The notes under the pieces were generated by a model. It was not told the DNA's origin, did no database searches, and saw only the letters and a program-made list of their open reading frames with translations. From Parcubacteria group bacterium Gr01-1014_8 (GTDB taxonomy: Bacteria > Patescibacteriota > Minisyncoccia > Phycocordibacterales > UBA2100), in contig VMGC01000001.1 in NCBI GenBank assembly GCA_007376385.1, positions 64,001 to 128,000 of the forward strand: 64,000 nt of DNA, read 5' to 3'. Of the stretch, positions 19,418 through 28,539 are shown piece by piece. The translations under genes were made by a program, and so were the position numbers. Numbering within the stretch: position 1 is the first letter of the stretch; each line of letters starts with the position of its first letter.

Positions 19418-20554
19418 CTACTTCAGGTATTTCTTTTTCTTTAGTTTCTCTGGCAAGTAACTTTCGCTATCGTAGAGCGTATAGCCTTTGTGATATCCCA
19501 AGTCTTTCATCAATTTCGTCGGTGCATTTCGGATATTCAATGGAATCGGAAGATTACCGAATTTTTTAACGTCATCGAGTGCTTCAAATATTGCGTCATA
19601 TGAGCGTCTGTCTTTTTTACATTGTGCGAGATACGCAACTCCATGCGCCAGACTTATCGTCGCTTCCGGATAACCTATCTTGTTGACCGCGTCGAACACC
19701 GCATTCGCGACAACGAGCGCAGTCGGTTGTGCCAATCCAATATCTTCGCTCGCAAAAACAACCATACGGCGCGCTATGAACTTCGGATCCTCTCCGGCCT
19801 CAACCATCCGAGCCAAATAATAGAGCGCAGCATCAGGCTGGGATGCGCGCATTGATTTAATGAACGCCGAGATAGTATTGTAGTGCTCCTCGCCTTTTTT
19901 ATCATATCGAAGATGTTTTGATTGGACGGCCTCTTTCAAAGTCTCGACGGAAATCTTTCCATAAAGTTTGTCCGCAGTTTCGAGAACAGTGATTGCTTGC
20001 CTCGCATCGCCTCCGGCCATCTGTATTAACCAGTCGCGTGCCTCTTTTGGAATTTTAAATTTTGTACGGACTAATATCTTCTCCATTTCCTTCTCGCTCA
20101 ATTCGTTCAAGACGAACGCCCGGCAGCGCGAAAGAAGAGGGGAAATGATCTCGAACGAAGGATTCTCCGTTGTTGCCCCAATAAGTGTGATGTCGCCGCG
20201 TTCTACGAACGGGAGCAAGAAATCTTGTTGTGCCTTGTTAAATCGGTGAATTTCATCAACAAACAGGGCCTTTGGCTTCTGTTTTAACAAGGTGCCGCGA
20301 GCACCAATGACCCTCTTTATGTCATCTTTGCCAGAATCAACAGCCGAGAGCTCATAGAATTCAGCGCCAACGGCGTTCGCATAGATACGAGCCAGTGTCG
20401 TCTTTCCAGAGCCGGGTGGACCCCATAATATGAAGGAAAATAGCTCTTTTTTTTCGATCGCAATCCGAAGCGGCTTACCTTTTCCGACCAAATGTTCCTG
20501 ACCAATGAACTCTTTTAAAGCGGTCGGGCGGATGCGTGATGCCAGTGGTTCCAT
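19418..20554 (-). CDS. rarA: Replication-associated recombination protein A (AAA+ ATPase RarA/MgsA)
   Basis: Walker A GPPGSGKTT, Walker B LFVDEIHRFNK, sensor ATTENP. Start set at MEPLASRIRP (conserved PLA.R.RP N-terminus) rather than the longer ORF-track start. Confidence 0.85.
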   Translation of the reverse strand: MEPLASRIRPTALKEFIGQEHLVGKGKPLRIAIEKKELFSFILWGPPGSGKTTLARIYANAVGAEFYELSAVDSGKDDIKRVIGARGTLLKQKPKALFVDEIHRFNKAQQDFLLPFVERGDITLIGATTENPSFEIISPLLSRCRAFVLNELSEKEMEKILVRTKFKIPKEARDWLIQMAGGDARQAITVLETADKLYGKISVETLKEAVQSKHLRYDKKGEEHYNTISAFIKSMRASQPDAALYYLARMVEAGEDPKFIARRMVVFASEDIGLAQPTALVVANAVFDAVNKIGYPEATISLAHGVAYLAQCKKDRRSYDAIFEALDDVKKFGNLPIPLNIRNAPTKLMKDLGYHKGYTLYDSESYLPEKLKKKKYLK

Positions 20555-20649
20555 GCCTGGCAGTATACTCTTTGGACTGTAGTACCCGACATACACAAAA
20601 TACCGCGCAGGCCTATTGCACGAATCGGAAAATGCGTTATCGTTTGGAC

Positions 20650-21150
20650 ATGGGAAAAATAATCGCAATTTTAGTTGTCATTATTCTTATTGGCGGAGGT
20701 ATTTATTATTGGATGACCATGCAACCTACTACGGGAGAAACCCCGAATACAGACCAGCAAGCTGAGGCCACTACTGCTTCAGATCAGGTACAAGGACAAG
20801 ATGTGAAAGTTGGTGAAGGAAAAGAAGCGACGCCAGGTTCACAGGTATCGATACTCTATGAGGGCAGGCTCCAGGACGGCACGATCTTTGACAGCTCTGC
20901 CGCGCACAATAATGAACCATTGGTGTTTGTGCTTGGCGCTCAAGGACTTATTCCGGGCTTCCAGATCGGCGTTAACGGCATGAAGGAGGGAGGAGAACGT
21001 CTCATACTCATACCTCCATCCCTTGGATACGGGGAGCAAGAAGTCAAAGATGCGGCTGGTAAAGTCATAATTCCTGCAAATTCGCCGCTTGTGTTCAGTA
21101 TCAAGCTCCAAAAAGTTGAGGCGGCTCCTGCGGCACCAGTGACGCCATAA
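20650..21150 (+). CDS. FKBP-type peptidyl-prolyl cis-trans isomerase with N-terminal membrane anchor
   Basis: FKBP_C signature (V.YEG.L.DGT.FDSS ... G.G.LIPGF..G..GMK.GG.R.L.IPP.LGYG). Start chosen at MGKIIAILVV (TM anchor); an alternative ATG lies at 20632. Confidence 0.78.
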   Translation: MGKIIAILVVIILIGGGIYYWMTMQPTTGETPNTDQQAEATTASDQVQGQDVKVGEGKEATPGSQVSILYEGRLQDGTIFDSSAAHNNEPLVFVLGAQGLIPGFQIGVNGMKEGGERLILIPPSLGYGEQEVKDAAGKVIIPANSPLVFSIKLQKVEAAPAAPVTP

Positions 21151-21284
21151 AGGCTACCCATTGCCCTTGTTGCGTCTTCAGCCAGGATAATAGCGAAGCA
21201 AGCTATCGCTTTGTGGTTTCTCGCTCGCCGCAATAACCTTCCATAGTATTGCAAAATGTGGCGGAATATGATACCTTTTTGGGG

Positions 21285-21551
21285 ATGCTTACTAAGCGAA
21301 AGAAAAAGAACGAGGTCAAAAAGACCCAGCGTCATGATACCGACACCGGCTCGCCGGAGGTTCAGGTCGCGATTTTAACGCGCCGCATCGAAGAGCTTTC
21401 AGCTCATTTAGATAAGAATCGTAAGGATAAGAGTTCTCGCCGGGGCCTGCTCGGCCTCGTCGCTGACCGACGTAAGCATCTTAAATACCTTGAGAGCACG
21501 AATAAGCGAGCATATTCGGCACTCACCAGAAAACTCGGACTTAAGAAATAG
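21285..21551 (+). CDS. rpsO: 30S ribosomal protein S15
   Basis: 88 aa from MLTKRKK...; GSPEVQVAILT.RI..L..HL..N.KD..SRRGLL..V..RR.LL.YL matches S15. Confidence 0.92.
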   Translation: MLTKRKKKNEVKKTQRHDTDTGSPEVQVAILTRRIEELSAHLDKNRKDKSSRRGLLGLVADRRKHLKYLESTNKRAYSALTRKLGLKK

Positions 21552-21579
21552 TTCGTAGAGAAAAGTCCGCTTTTTTTGT

Positions 21580-21610
21580 GTCGCATCCAGCTGCGACCTT
21601 CATTATTTAT
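21580..21610 (+). terminator. Possible intrinsic terminator after rpsO
   Basis: Hairpin gtcgca-tccagc-tgcgac followed by an interrupted T-rich tract (cttcattatttatta). Confidence 0.4.
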
Positions 21611-21660
21611 TAGAGATGTAGGTTTATACTACGCTCTACGAACTAGTAATCATATGTACT

Positions 21661-22266
21661 ATGGCAATAATCAAACATTCAGAGCAGCGAGTTGGTGTAT
21701 TCATCGACACGCAAAATCTGTACCACAGCGCGAAGAATCTGTACCGTGCACGCGTTAATTTCAGCAATGTTCTTAAGGACTCCGTAGCAGGACGCCGCCT
21801 TATCCGCGCTCGCGCGTACGTCGTTACGACTGATACAGCTGAAGAAAAGAGTTTTTTCGAGGCACTCGCAAAGATAGGCATCGAAACGCGCACAAAAGAC
21901 CTCCAGGTTTTCTTCGGCGGAGCAAAGAAGGCCGACTGGGACGTCGGACTTGCAGTCGATGCTATTACCGCCGCACCAAACCTGGACACCATCATCCTAG
22001 TAACAGGAGACGGGGACTTCGTTCCTCTCGTTCAGTATCTCCAAGTCCACGACGGGTGCCAAGTGGAGGTTGTTTCATTCGGCCGCTCGACATCAGGAAA
22101 ACTGAAGGAGGCCGCTGATGACTTTCTTGACCTTGATCTCGAAGCAAAACGCTACCTTCTGAACTACAGGCCTATGCGACGTACCCCGGGCCGAGGTGGA
22201 ATGCCGGCAAACGGTCAGCCGGAGAGCGGTGTTGATGAGATAGGCGAAAAATTGGGGGTCGAGTAA
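21661..22266 (+). CDS. NYN-domain (LabA-like, PIN-related) protein
   Basis: 201 aa; VGVFIDTQNLYH...ILVTGDGDFVPLV...VEVVSF matches the NYN/DUF88 nuclease-fold pattern (conserved D residues). Confidence 0.72.
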   Translation: MAIIKHSEQRVGVFIDTQNLYHSAKNLYRARVNFSNVLKDSVAGRRLIRARAYVVTTDTAEEKSFFEALAKIGIETRTKDLQVFFGGAKKADWDVGLAVDAITAAPNLDTIILVTGDGDFVPLVQYLQVHDGCQVEVVSFGRSTSGKLKEAADDFLDLDLEAKRYLLNYRPMRRTPGRGGMPANGQPESGVDEIGEKLGVE

Positions 22267-22760
22267 CCCGAAAGTTTGAACTTCGAGCTGCTATTCGTCT
22301 TCCACATCGTCCTCCTCATTGGGTTTGAAGTTTCTTTTCTGCGCATCACGCTACGCTCGCGTGGAAACTTGGGCGAGTTTATCTGTGCGATGCGCATCGC
22401 GGCCCGCTGTCTATCTTCAGGTAGCGTGCCTTGTGCGAGCCATTCACGAAACGTCGTAAACCCTCGAGATTCGACATATGCTTGCGCATCATTAAGCTCC
22501 GAAAGAAAAATTGGTGCCGTGTCTTTGGTTATCTCTCCGTCTTTCTCGAGAGAAGCCACTGCCACCGCGACTGACTTATTTCTTCCGATAACTTGTGCAA
22601 TAAAAGCCCTGACATATGAAAAATTCTCTTTCGCAGAAAGTAACGGGAGACGGATCGCATGTTTGAGTTCCGGCGCCTGTGCCGGCCGAACGGTTCTGTC
22701 GAGGGGGGCCGAATGATACCGCTCAAGCTTCGGAAGCTTGTGTTGGCCGTCATCCGTCAT
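22215..22760 (-). CDS. Hypothetical protein
   Basis: 181-aa ORF. Its composition looks more protein-like than the opposite-strand ORF 22276..22716, which is Cys/Ser-rich. It overlaps the NYN gene 3' end by about 50 nt (convergent). Confidence 0.35.
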   Translation of the reverse strand: MTDDGQHKLPKLERYHSAPLDRTVRPAQAPELKHAIRLPLLSAKENFSYVRAFIAQVIGRNKSVAVAVASLEKDGEITKDTAPIFLSELNDAQAYVESRGFTTFREWLAQGTLPEDRQRAAMRIAQINSPKFPRERSVMRRKETSNPMRRTMWKTNSSSKFKLSGYSTPNFSPISSTPLSG

Positions 22761-22903
22761 GCATAAACTGTATCATGCACTCTGTACGTCTTTCCAATAC
22801 GAAAAATATGCGTATACTGCATCCATTAGCACTAACCGTGGCGCCTGGATAGGCAGCATGGGCACAAAAGGCTCATACTGAAATCTGGTCGTCACACAAG
22901 ACA

Positions 22904-25105
22904 ATGCAAAAGAAGGAATATTCCGTCGAGATCGGCGGAAAAACATTAACAGCTGAATTCAACGATTGGGCGGACCAGGCAAGCGGTTCGGTACTTGTTC
23001 GCTATGGCAACAGCGCAGTATTTGCGACTGCCGTCATGGGAAACAAAGATTCGAACCTTGATTATTTCCCGCTCTCAGTAGAGTACGAGGAAAAATTCTA
23101 TGCGGCAGGCGCTATCTTAGGCAGCCGGTTCATGCGGCGCGAAGGACGTCCATCCGATGAAGCGACGCTTTCAGGACGCATCGTCGACAGAACTATCCGT
23201 CCGCTCTTTCCGAAAGGATTGAAGAGGGATGTACAAGTCATCATCACCGTACTCTCTCTCGAAGATTATGACCCCGATGTGCTCGCCGTGACCGCAGCAT
23301 CGCTCGCACTTGGCACCTCGAACATCCCGTGGAACGGGCCGGTGTCTGCGATTCGCCTCGGCCTTGAAGAGGGAAACGAGGAGTTCATTGTGAACCCGAC
23401 ATACAAACAACGCGAGGAAGAATTGCCGCCAAAAGCGCGCCTCGATCTTCTTGCGTGCGGAAAAGACGGCCTCATCAATATGATAGAAGTCGGTGCGAGA
23501 GAGGTCGGCGAAGATGTGCTTGAGGCTGGATTAAAACGTGCCAGCATAGAGATAGAGCGACTGCAAACATGGCAACAGCAGATAATTGCGGAAAAAGGCG
23601 CCGAAAAAACGACCTTCATCCCGCCATTTCAAGATGACGTGCACCTGGCACCGGCATTCGACGAGATAATCGTCCCGCTTCTGAGCGAAAAGAACGACCG
23701 GCTCGACAAGAAGGATATTGGAAAACTGAAAAGCGAATGGCTCGGCCAAGCTGCTCTTCGATTCGAAGAAATACCTCTCAATCGACTGGAGACATACTAC
23801 GAGCACCGAATGGACCAATACGTGCATGACCTCGCGACAAAAAAAGAAAAACGCGTGGATGGACGCCGGTTTGACCAGGTGCGAGAACTGTATGCGCAGG
23901 CAGGCGGCGTTTCCCCGGTCATTCACGGGACTGGCCTATTCTATAGAGGCGAGACGCACGTTCTCGCCGCGCTCACACTTGGAGGACCAGGAGACGCGCA
24001 GCTCATCGACACCATCGAATACCAAGATGCAAAAAAGCGATTCATGCTCCATTACAACTTTCCTCCCTTCTCTGTCGGAGAAACGGGAAGAGTGGGAGGT
24101 GCAAATCGAAGAATGATAGGGCACGGCGCACTTGCAGAAAAAGCTCTGCGCGCCGTTCTTCCTCAAAAAGAAGTATTTCCCTACACGGTGCGCATCGTAT
24201 CAGAATGCCTTGCGTCAAACGGCTCAACGTCCATGGCGACAGTATGCGCAGGAACGCTCGCGCTGATGGACGCTGGTGTCCCGATCGCAAAACCTGTCGC
24301 CGGTATCGCGATGGGAATGATGAGCGACCCGAAAGCAAAGATATATAAAGTTCTGACTGATATCCAAGGACCCGAAGATCATCATGGCGATATGGATTTT
24401 AAAGTTGCCGGTACCTCAGACGGTGTTACTGCGGTCCAAATGGACGTGAAGGTTGAAGGAGTGCCGATACCAGTACTTGTGGAGGCGTTTGCGCAGGCGA
24501 AAAAAGCACGTCTTGAGATACTGAACGTCATCAAAGAGGCCCTCTTTGAACCGCGAGCAGATATTTCGCCGCGCGCTCCGAAAATAATCACGATGAAAGT
24601 ACAAGTGGATCAGATAGGCCTTGTCATCGGACCGGGAGGAAAGACCATCAATGGCATCCGCGAGCGCACAGGCTGTGAGGACATCACGATAGAAGAAGAC
24701 GGAACCATCTTCATAACTGGCAGGAACGGGACTGCGGAGGCGGCGCATAAAGAGATACACGACCTTACGCGCGAGTACGAACCAGGAGAGCGGTTCGAGG
24801 GTACTGTCACACGACTCATGGACTTCGGAGCATTCGTGAAAATAGGTCCAAATACGGAAGGATTGGTTCATGTGTCGGAGGTCGCACCGTTTCGCATCGA
24901 TGCAATATCCGACGCGGTGCACGTCGGGGACGTTGTTCCGGTCATGCTCAAAGAAATTGACGAGAAAGGACGGTATAATCTCTCCATCAAGGCTGCCGAT
25001 CCGGAGTTTGCTTCAAAGAAGGGGCTGACTCCATCTCAAGGCGGCCCACCACGAGATCATGGCAACGACAGACACAGGAACGAACGGTCCCGACGACGCA
25101 TCTAA
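22904..25105 (+). CDS. pnp: Polynucleotide phosphorylase (PNPase): two RNase PH domains, KH and S1
   Basis: 733 aa; classic PNPase N-terminus and C-terminal KH (GPGGKTINGIRERTG) and S1 (GTVTRLMDFGAFVKIG...GLVHVSE) domains. Confidence 0.95.
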   Translation: MQKKEYSVEIGGKTLTAEFNDWADQASGSVLVRYGNSAVFATAVMGNKDSNLDYFPLSVEYEEKFYAAGAILGSRFMRREGRPSDEATLSGRIVDRTIRPLFPKGLKRDVQVIITVLSLEDYDPDVLAVTAASLALGTSNIPWNGPVSAIRLGLEEGNEEFIVNPTYKQREEELPPKARLDLLACGKDGLINMIEVGAREVGEDVLEAGLKRASIEIERLQTWQQQIIAEKGAEKTTFIPPFQDDVHLAPAFDEIIVPLLSEKNDRLDKKDIGKLKSEWLGQAALRFEEIPLNRLETYYEHRMDQYVHDLATKKEKRVDGRRFDQVRELYAQAGGVSPVIHGTGLFYRGETHVLAALTLGGPGDAQLIDTIEYQDAKKRFMLHYNFPPFSVGETGRVGGANRRMIGHGALAEKALRAVLPQKEVFPYTVRIVSECLASNGSTSMATVCAGTLALMDAGVPIAKPVAGIAMGMMSDPKAKIYKVLTDIQGPEDHHGDMDFKVAGTSDGVTAVQMDVKVEGVPIPVLVEAFAQAKKARLEILNVIKEALFEPRADISPRAPKIITMKVQVDQIGLVIGPGGKTINGIRERTGCEDITIEEDGTIFITGRNGTAEAAHKEIHDLTREYEPGERFEGTVTRLMDFGAFVKIGPNTEGLVHVSEVAPFRIDAISDAVHVGDVVPVMLKEIDEKGRYNLSIKAADPEFASKKGLTPSQGGPPRDHGNDRHRNERSRRRI

Positions 25106-26297
25106 GAGTCCTGCTTCGGGAGTGCCGAATATATCTCCCGACAGTGCAAAGAACATTCCCTCGCCATTCCCGCAAACTCCTGTACCAGGAGCATCCTCAC
25201 CGCTGCCAACCGGGACGCCGGGGGAAGGGCCCCCAGGCAAAACGCTACAGACCGATATCGCTCATATACTCGAGGGTGTAAAACTTCCTGAACGAAGAGG
25301 CGCGGCAACAACTCGCGATACGTCAAAGCCTTCCATATATCCCGCGAGCCCTGCGCCAGAGATGGCTGCACCCCCACCGCAAACACAACAACAACCGCTC
25401 GAAAAAAGCTCAGTAACACCGCTCCATACGCTCAAAGATGACCTGCAATCAGTCGTTCGCGATCAAAAGATATCGGTAGTTCACGCAGCGGCGCTTGAAG
25501 AAGACAAGCGTGCAACACAAGCGAGCATCATTGCACACACAAATGTTCATTCCGCCCAGAAAAGACGCGTCGTAAGTACGTTCGCCGTCATTACGGGCCT
25601 CATTGTTCTTGGTCTCCTCGCACTCGGCGCAGTCTTCATGATAATGAACGAGCGCGCAGGAACTACCGCGACGGAGGTCTTTTCGACCGATTCACTACTT
25701 TTCTCTGAACAAACGATACCGTTCCCGATACAAAACAGAAGCGCCGCAGAATTAAAGCGCTTACTTGCAGATGCCAGGGTCTCGGCAAGCTTAACGCTCG
25801 GGGCCATCACGCGGATAGCGCCTATCGTCGAAGACACGAACCTCGAAACGGGGGAGGTAACGGAGAGACTTGCGACAACTGAAGAATTCTTGGATGCACT
25901 CCGCGCTCAAGCCCCCGAAGAACTCGTGCGCGCACTGGGCAGTGAATTCTTTTTTGGGTTTCATACAGTGGATGAGAATGCCCCTGTACTTATCATCCCC
26001 GTAACGTCATATGAGCGCGCGTTCGCAGGTATGCTCCTCTGGGAAGACATGATCAATACAGAACTCTCGCCTGTATTCACAGCAGTTCCATCGCTCATAC
26101 AAGAAAATGGCTTGCTGAAAAAGCGAACCTTCAAGGACCTCGTGATGCGCAACTACGACGTGCGCGCCCTCACAGACGATAAAGGCGAAGTGCAACTATA
26201 TTATTCTTTCCCGACAAGGGAACTGCTCGTCATCGCAGAAAGCTCTTTCTCATTCACGGAGATCCTTTCGCGCTTGCGCGCAGATAGACGTTTGTAG
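25059..26297 (+). CDS. Hypothetical bitopic membrane protein with Pro-rich disordered N-terminus
   Basis: 412-aa ORF overlapping the pnp 3' end by 47 nt; PT/PS-rich first about 130 aa, one TM helix (VVSTFAVITGLIVLGLLALGAVFMIM), extracytoplasmic C-domain. Start uncertain. Confidence 0.5.
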   Translation: MATTDTGTNGPDDASKSPASGVPNISPDSAKNIPSPFPQTPVPGASSPLPTGTPGEGPPGKTLQTDIAHILEGVKLPERRGAATTRDTSKPSIYPASPAPEMAAPPPQTQQQPLEKSSVTPLHTLKDDLQSVVRDQKISVVHAAALEEDKRATQASIIAHTNVHSAQKRRVVSTFAVITGLIVLGLLALGAVFMIMNERAGTTATEVFSTDSLLFSEQTIPFPIQNRSAAELKRLLADARVSASLTLGAITRIAPIVEDTNLETGEVTERLATTEEFLDALRAQAPEELVRALGSEFFFGFHTVDENAPVLIIPVTSYERAFAGMLLWEDMINTELSPVFTAVPSLIQENGLLKKRTFKDLVMRNYDVRALTDDKGEVQLYYSFPTRELLVIAESSFSFTEILSRLRADRRL

Positions 26298-26327
26298 CTC
26301 CCTCGTATTTCCGGTACTATTCTACCT

Positions 26328-26687
26328 ATGCAACATTTTTCAAAAGAAGACGCACAAGAATTGCGCAGCGCACTCGAAGCAGAAAAAAATAATCTCGAAC
26401 AGGAACTCCGAGAGCACGGGAAAAAACAAGGCGGCGACTGGCAGGGAACAGCTGCGGGCTTTTCGGGGAACGAACCTGATGAAACAGATCTCGCCGATAC
26501 AATGGAGGAGCTCGCAACAAACGTCCCGCTTGTCGAAGCCCTTGAAGCGCGCTTAAAAGATGTTATGGATGCCCTCGCAAAAATGGACAGCGGCACATAT
26601 GGCATCTGCGAAAAAACAGGCAAGCCCATCCCTATCGCTCGGCTTCGCGCAAACCCAGCAGCACGCACGCACGTTGAACACTCCTAA
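26328..26687 (+). CDS. DksA/TraR-family zinc-finger-like protein
   Basis: 119 aa; coiled-coil N-half, C-terminal GTYGICEKTGKPIPIARLRANPAARTHVE resembles the DksA/TraR C4 finger region (the Cys set appears incomplete). Confidence 0.55.
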   Translation: MQHFSKEDAQELRSALEAEKNNLEQELREHGKKQGGDWQGTAAGFSGNEPDETDLADTMEELATNVPLVEALEARLKDVMDALAKMDSGTYGICEKTGKPIPIARLRANPAARTHVEHS

Positions 26688-26691
26688 GTCT

Positions 26692-28218
26692 ATGTCCTTT
26701 GCGCGAGTGTTCGGTGCACAGCCGTCCTTGCCCAAAGCGCATATTGTGAGCGTCGAGGCGGACCTTGCTCGCGGCCTGCACACATTTTCCATCGTAGGTC
26801 TCCCGGATAAAGCAGTCGAGGAAGCACGAGACAGGGTCGCGTCTGCTATAAAGAACAGCGGTCTTGTTTCCCCCAAAAGTCTCAATAAAAAAATAGTCAT
26901 ATCGCTTGCACCGGCCGAACTCAAGAAAGAAGGCTCGACATTCGACCTGCCCGTCGCGCTTTCTTATCTTCACGCAGCTGCAGATATTTCGTTTGACCCT
27001 GCGGGGAAGATGTTCGCTGGCGAAGTCGCGCTCGACGGAACACTGAATCCTATCCGAGGCGCGCTTTCCATAGCGCTTGCAGCTCGGGAAGGAGGATTCA
27101 AGGAGCTATTTCTACCCGATGCGAACGCGGAAGAAGCAGCGCTCGTCTCCTCCATCACCATTTATCCCGTACGAACACTCGGCGACGTACTCAAACACCT
27201 GTCGAAAGACGACTTCACACTGCCCGTGTATAAAAGACGGCACGCAAAACCAGTATTAGATGAGAGCGAGGGTCCGACACTGGATGACATCCGCGGACAA
27301 GAAAGCGCGAAAAGGGGACTCGAGATAGCATCGGCAGGACGACACAATATCGCTCTCTATGGCCCGCCGGGAACAGGTAAAACAATGCTTGCGCGCGCAG
27401 CGAGGGAACTTCTGCCAGACCTCTCCCTCGATGAGACCATCGAGGTTACTGCGATCCATTCGCTTGCTGGGACGTTATCGGGGGGACCCGTGTTTCGACC
27501 GCCGTTTCGCTCGCCTCATCACACATCGTCGTACGCGTCGCTCATCGGCGGCGGCTCCGTACCACGACCAGGAGAAGTCACGCTCGCGCATCGCGGCGTT
27601 CTTTTCCTCGATGAATTCGCGGAGTTTCATCGTGACGTCGTAAATGCACTGCGTGAGCCCCTGGAAGATAAGGTTGTATCCGTGGCACGCGCTCGAGCAT
27701 CGAGCATCTTTCCTGCAAATTTTATGCTCATTGCCGCTCTGAATCCGTGCCCATGCGGACACCTTGGAACAGCGAGGTGTGAATGTTTGCCGCACAACGT
27801 GGAAAAATACAAACGCAAAATTTCTGGCCCCGTTGCAGACAGAATCGATATGTGGGTACAGGTTGGAGACATGCCGCCGGAAGCTCTGACCAAAAAAGCG
27901 AAAAAGGCGAGCGGAGAGGGAGAGAGGACCCGCACGCACATTTCCAGAGCGCGAGAAATCCAGCAGCAGCGATTTAGGGACACTAAAGGGCTTACGACAA
28001 ATGCTGATATGAAAGCAAAACATATAGAAACACATGCAGACCTTTCCGAAAAAGCGGAACAGACACTCGTTGAGGCTGCGCGCCGGCTCAAACTATCGCC
28101 TCGCGGCTTCCATCGAACGATCAAATTGGCGCGCACCATCGCCGATCTTTCTGAGAGCAAAACTATCGAACCCTCTCATATGCTGGAGGCACTGCAGTAT
28201 CGGGTGAGAGAACTTTAA
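26692..28218 (+). CDS. comM: YifB/ComM family Mg-chelatase-like AAA+ ATPase
   Basis: Start at MSFARVFGA... (ATG 26692). ChlI/YifB N-domain, Walker A GPPGTGKT, Walker B LFLDEFAEF, C-terminal Mg_chelatase_C. Confidence 0.9.
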   Translation: MSFARVFGAQPSLPKAHIVSVEADLARGLHTFSIVGLPDKAVEEARDRVASAIKNSGLVSPKSLNKKIVISLAPAELKKEGSTFDLPVALSYLHAAADISFDPAGKMFAGEVALDGTLNPIRGALSIALAAREGGFKELFLPDANAEEAALVSSITIYPVRTLGDVLKHLSKDDFTLPVYKRRHAKPVLDESEGPTLDDIRGQESAKRGLEIASAGRHNIALYGPPGTGKTMLARAARELLPDLSLDETIEVTAIHSLAGTLSGGPVFRPPFRSPHHTSSYASLIGGGSVPRPGEVTLAHRGVLFLDEFAEFHRDVVNALREPLEDKVVSVARARASSIFPANFMLIAALNPCPCGHLGTARCECLPHNVEKYKRKISGPVADRIDMWVQVGDMPPEALTKKAKKASGEGERTRTHISRAREIQQQRFRDTKGLTTNADMKAKHIETHADLSEKAEQTLVEAARRLKLSPRGFHRTIKLARTIADLSESKTIEPSHMLEALQYRVREL

Positions 28219-28535
28219 ACTTTACGCAGGAATTTTTCACTCGCAGCCGCGTCGATAGCCTCCTCCTCTTGTTCTATGTCTGCCAAGAGTTGCGTCGTCG
28301 GCTCGAAACCAGCAGGCAATGCGCCACTCAGGATCGCTTCTATTTCACCGATAGCGCCCGAAAGCTTTGCTTGTTGGGCGTCTATAGCGCCGTTGACCTC
28401 ATCTACCGCTCTCACAATATTTCCGATGCGTAGACGTCTTTCAGCTCGAAGACTTTCGGTTGCAGTTCTGATGTCGGCTAAGAGCCTCTCCGGTGTATCG
28501 TCTGCTGGGGGAACGTATATTTCTTGTGCTTTCAT
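28215..28535 (-). CDS. Hypothetical small acidic coiled-coil protein
   Basis: Start taken at MKAQEIYV (ATG 28535), 4 nt downstream of the upstream gene's stop. No recognisable domain. Confidence 0.4.
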   Translation of the reverse strand: MKAQEIYVPPADDTPERLLADIRTATESLRAERRLRIGNIVRAVDEVNGAIDAQQAKLSGAIGEIEAILSGALPAGFEPTTQLLADIEQEEEAIDAAASEKFLRKV

Positions 28536-28539
28536 ATTA

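Noticed and set aside
22276-22716. Plus-strand ORF (146 aa) opposite the 22215..22760 minus-strand ORF
   Set aside because: Cys/Ser/Arg-rich composition typical of out-of-frame translation; the minus-strand frame is more protein-like.
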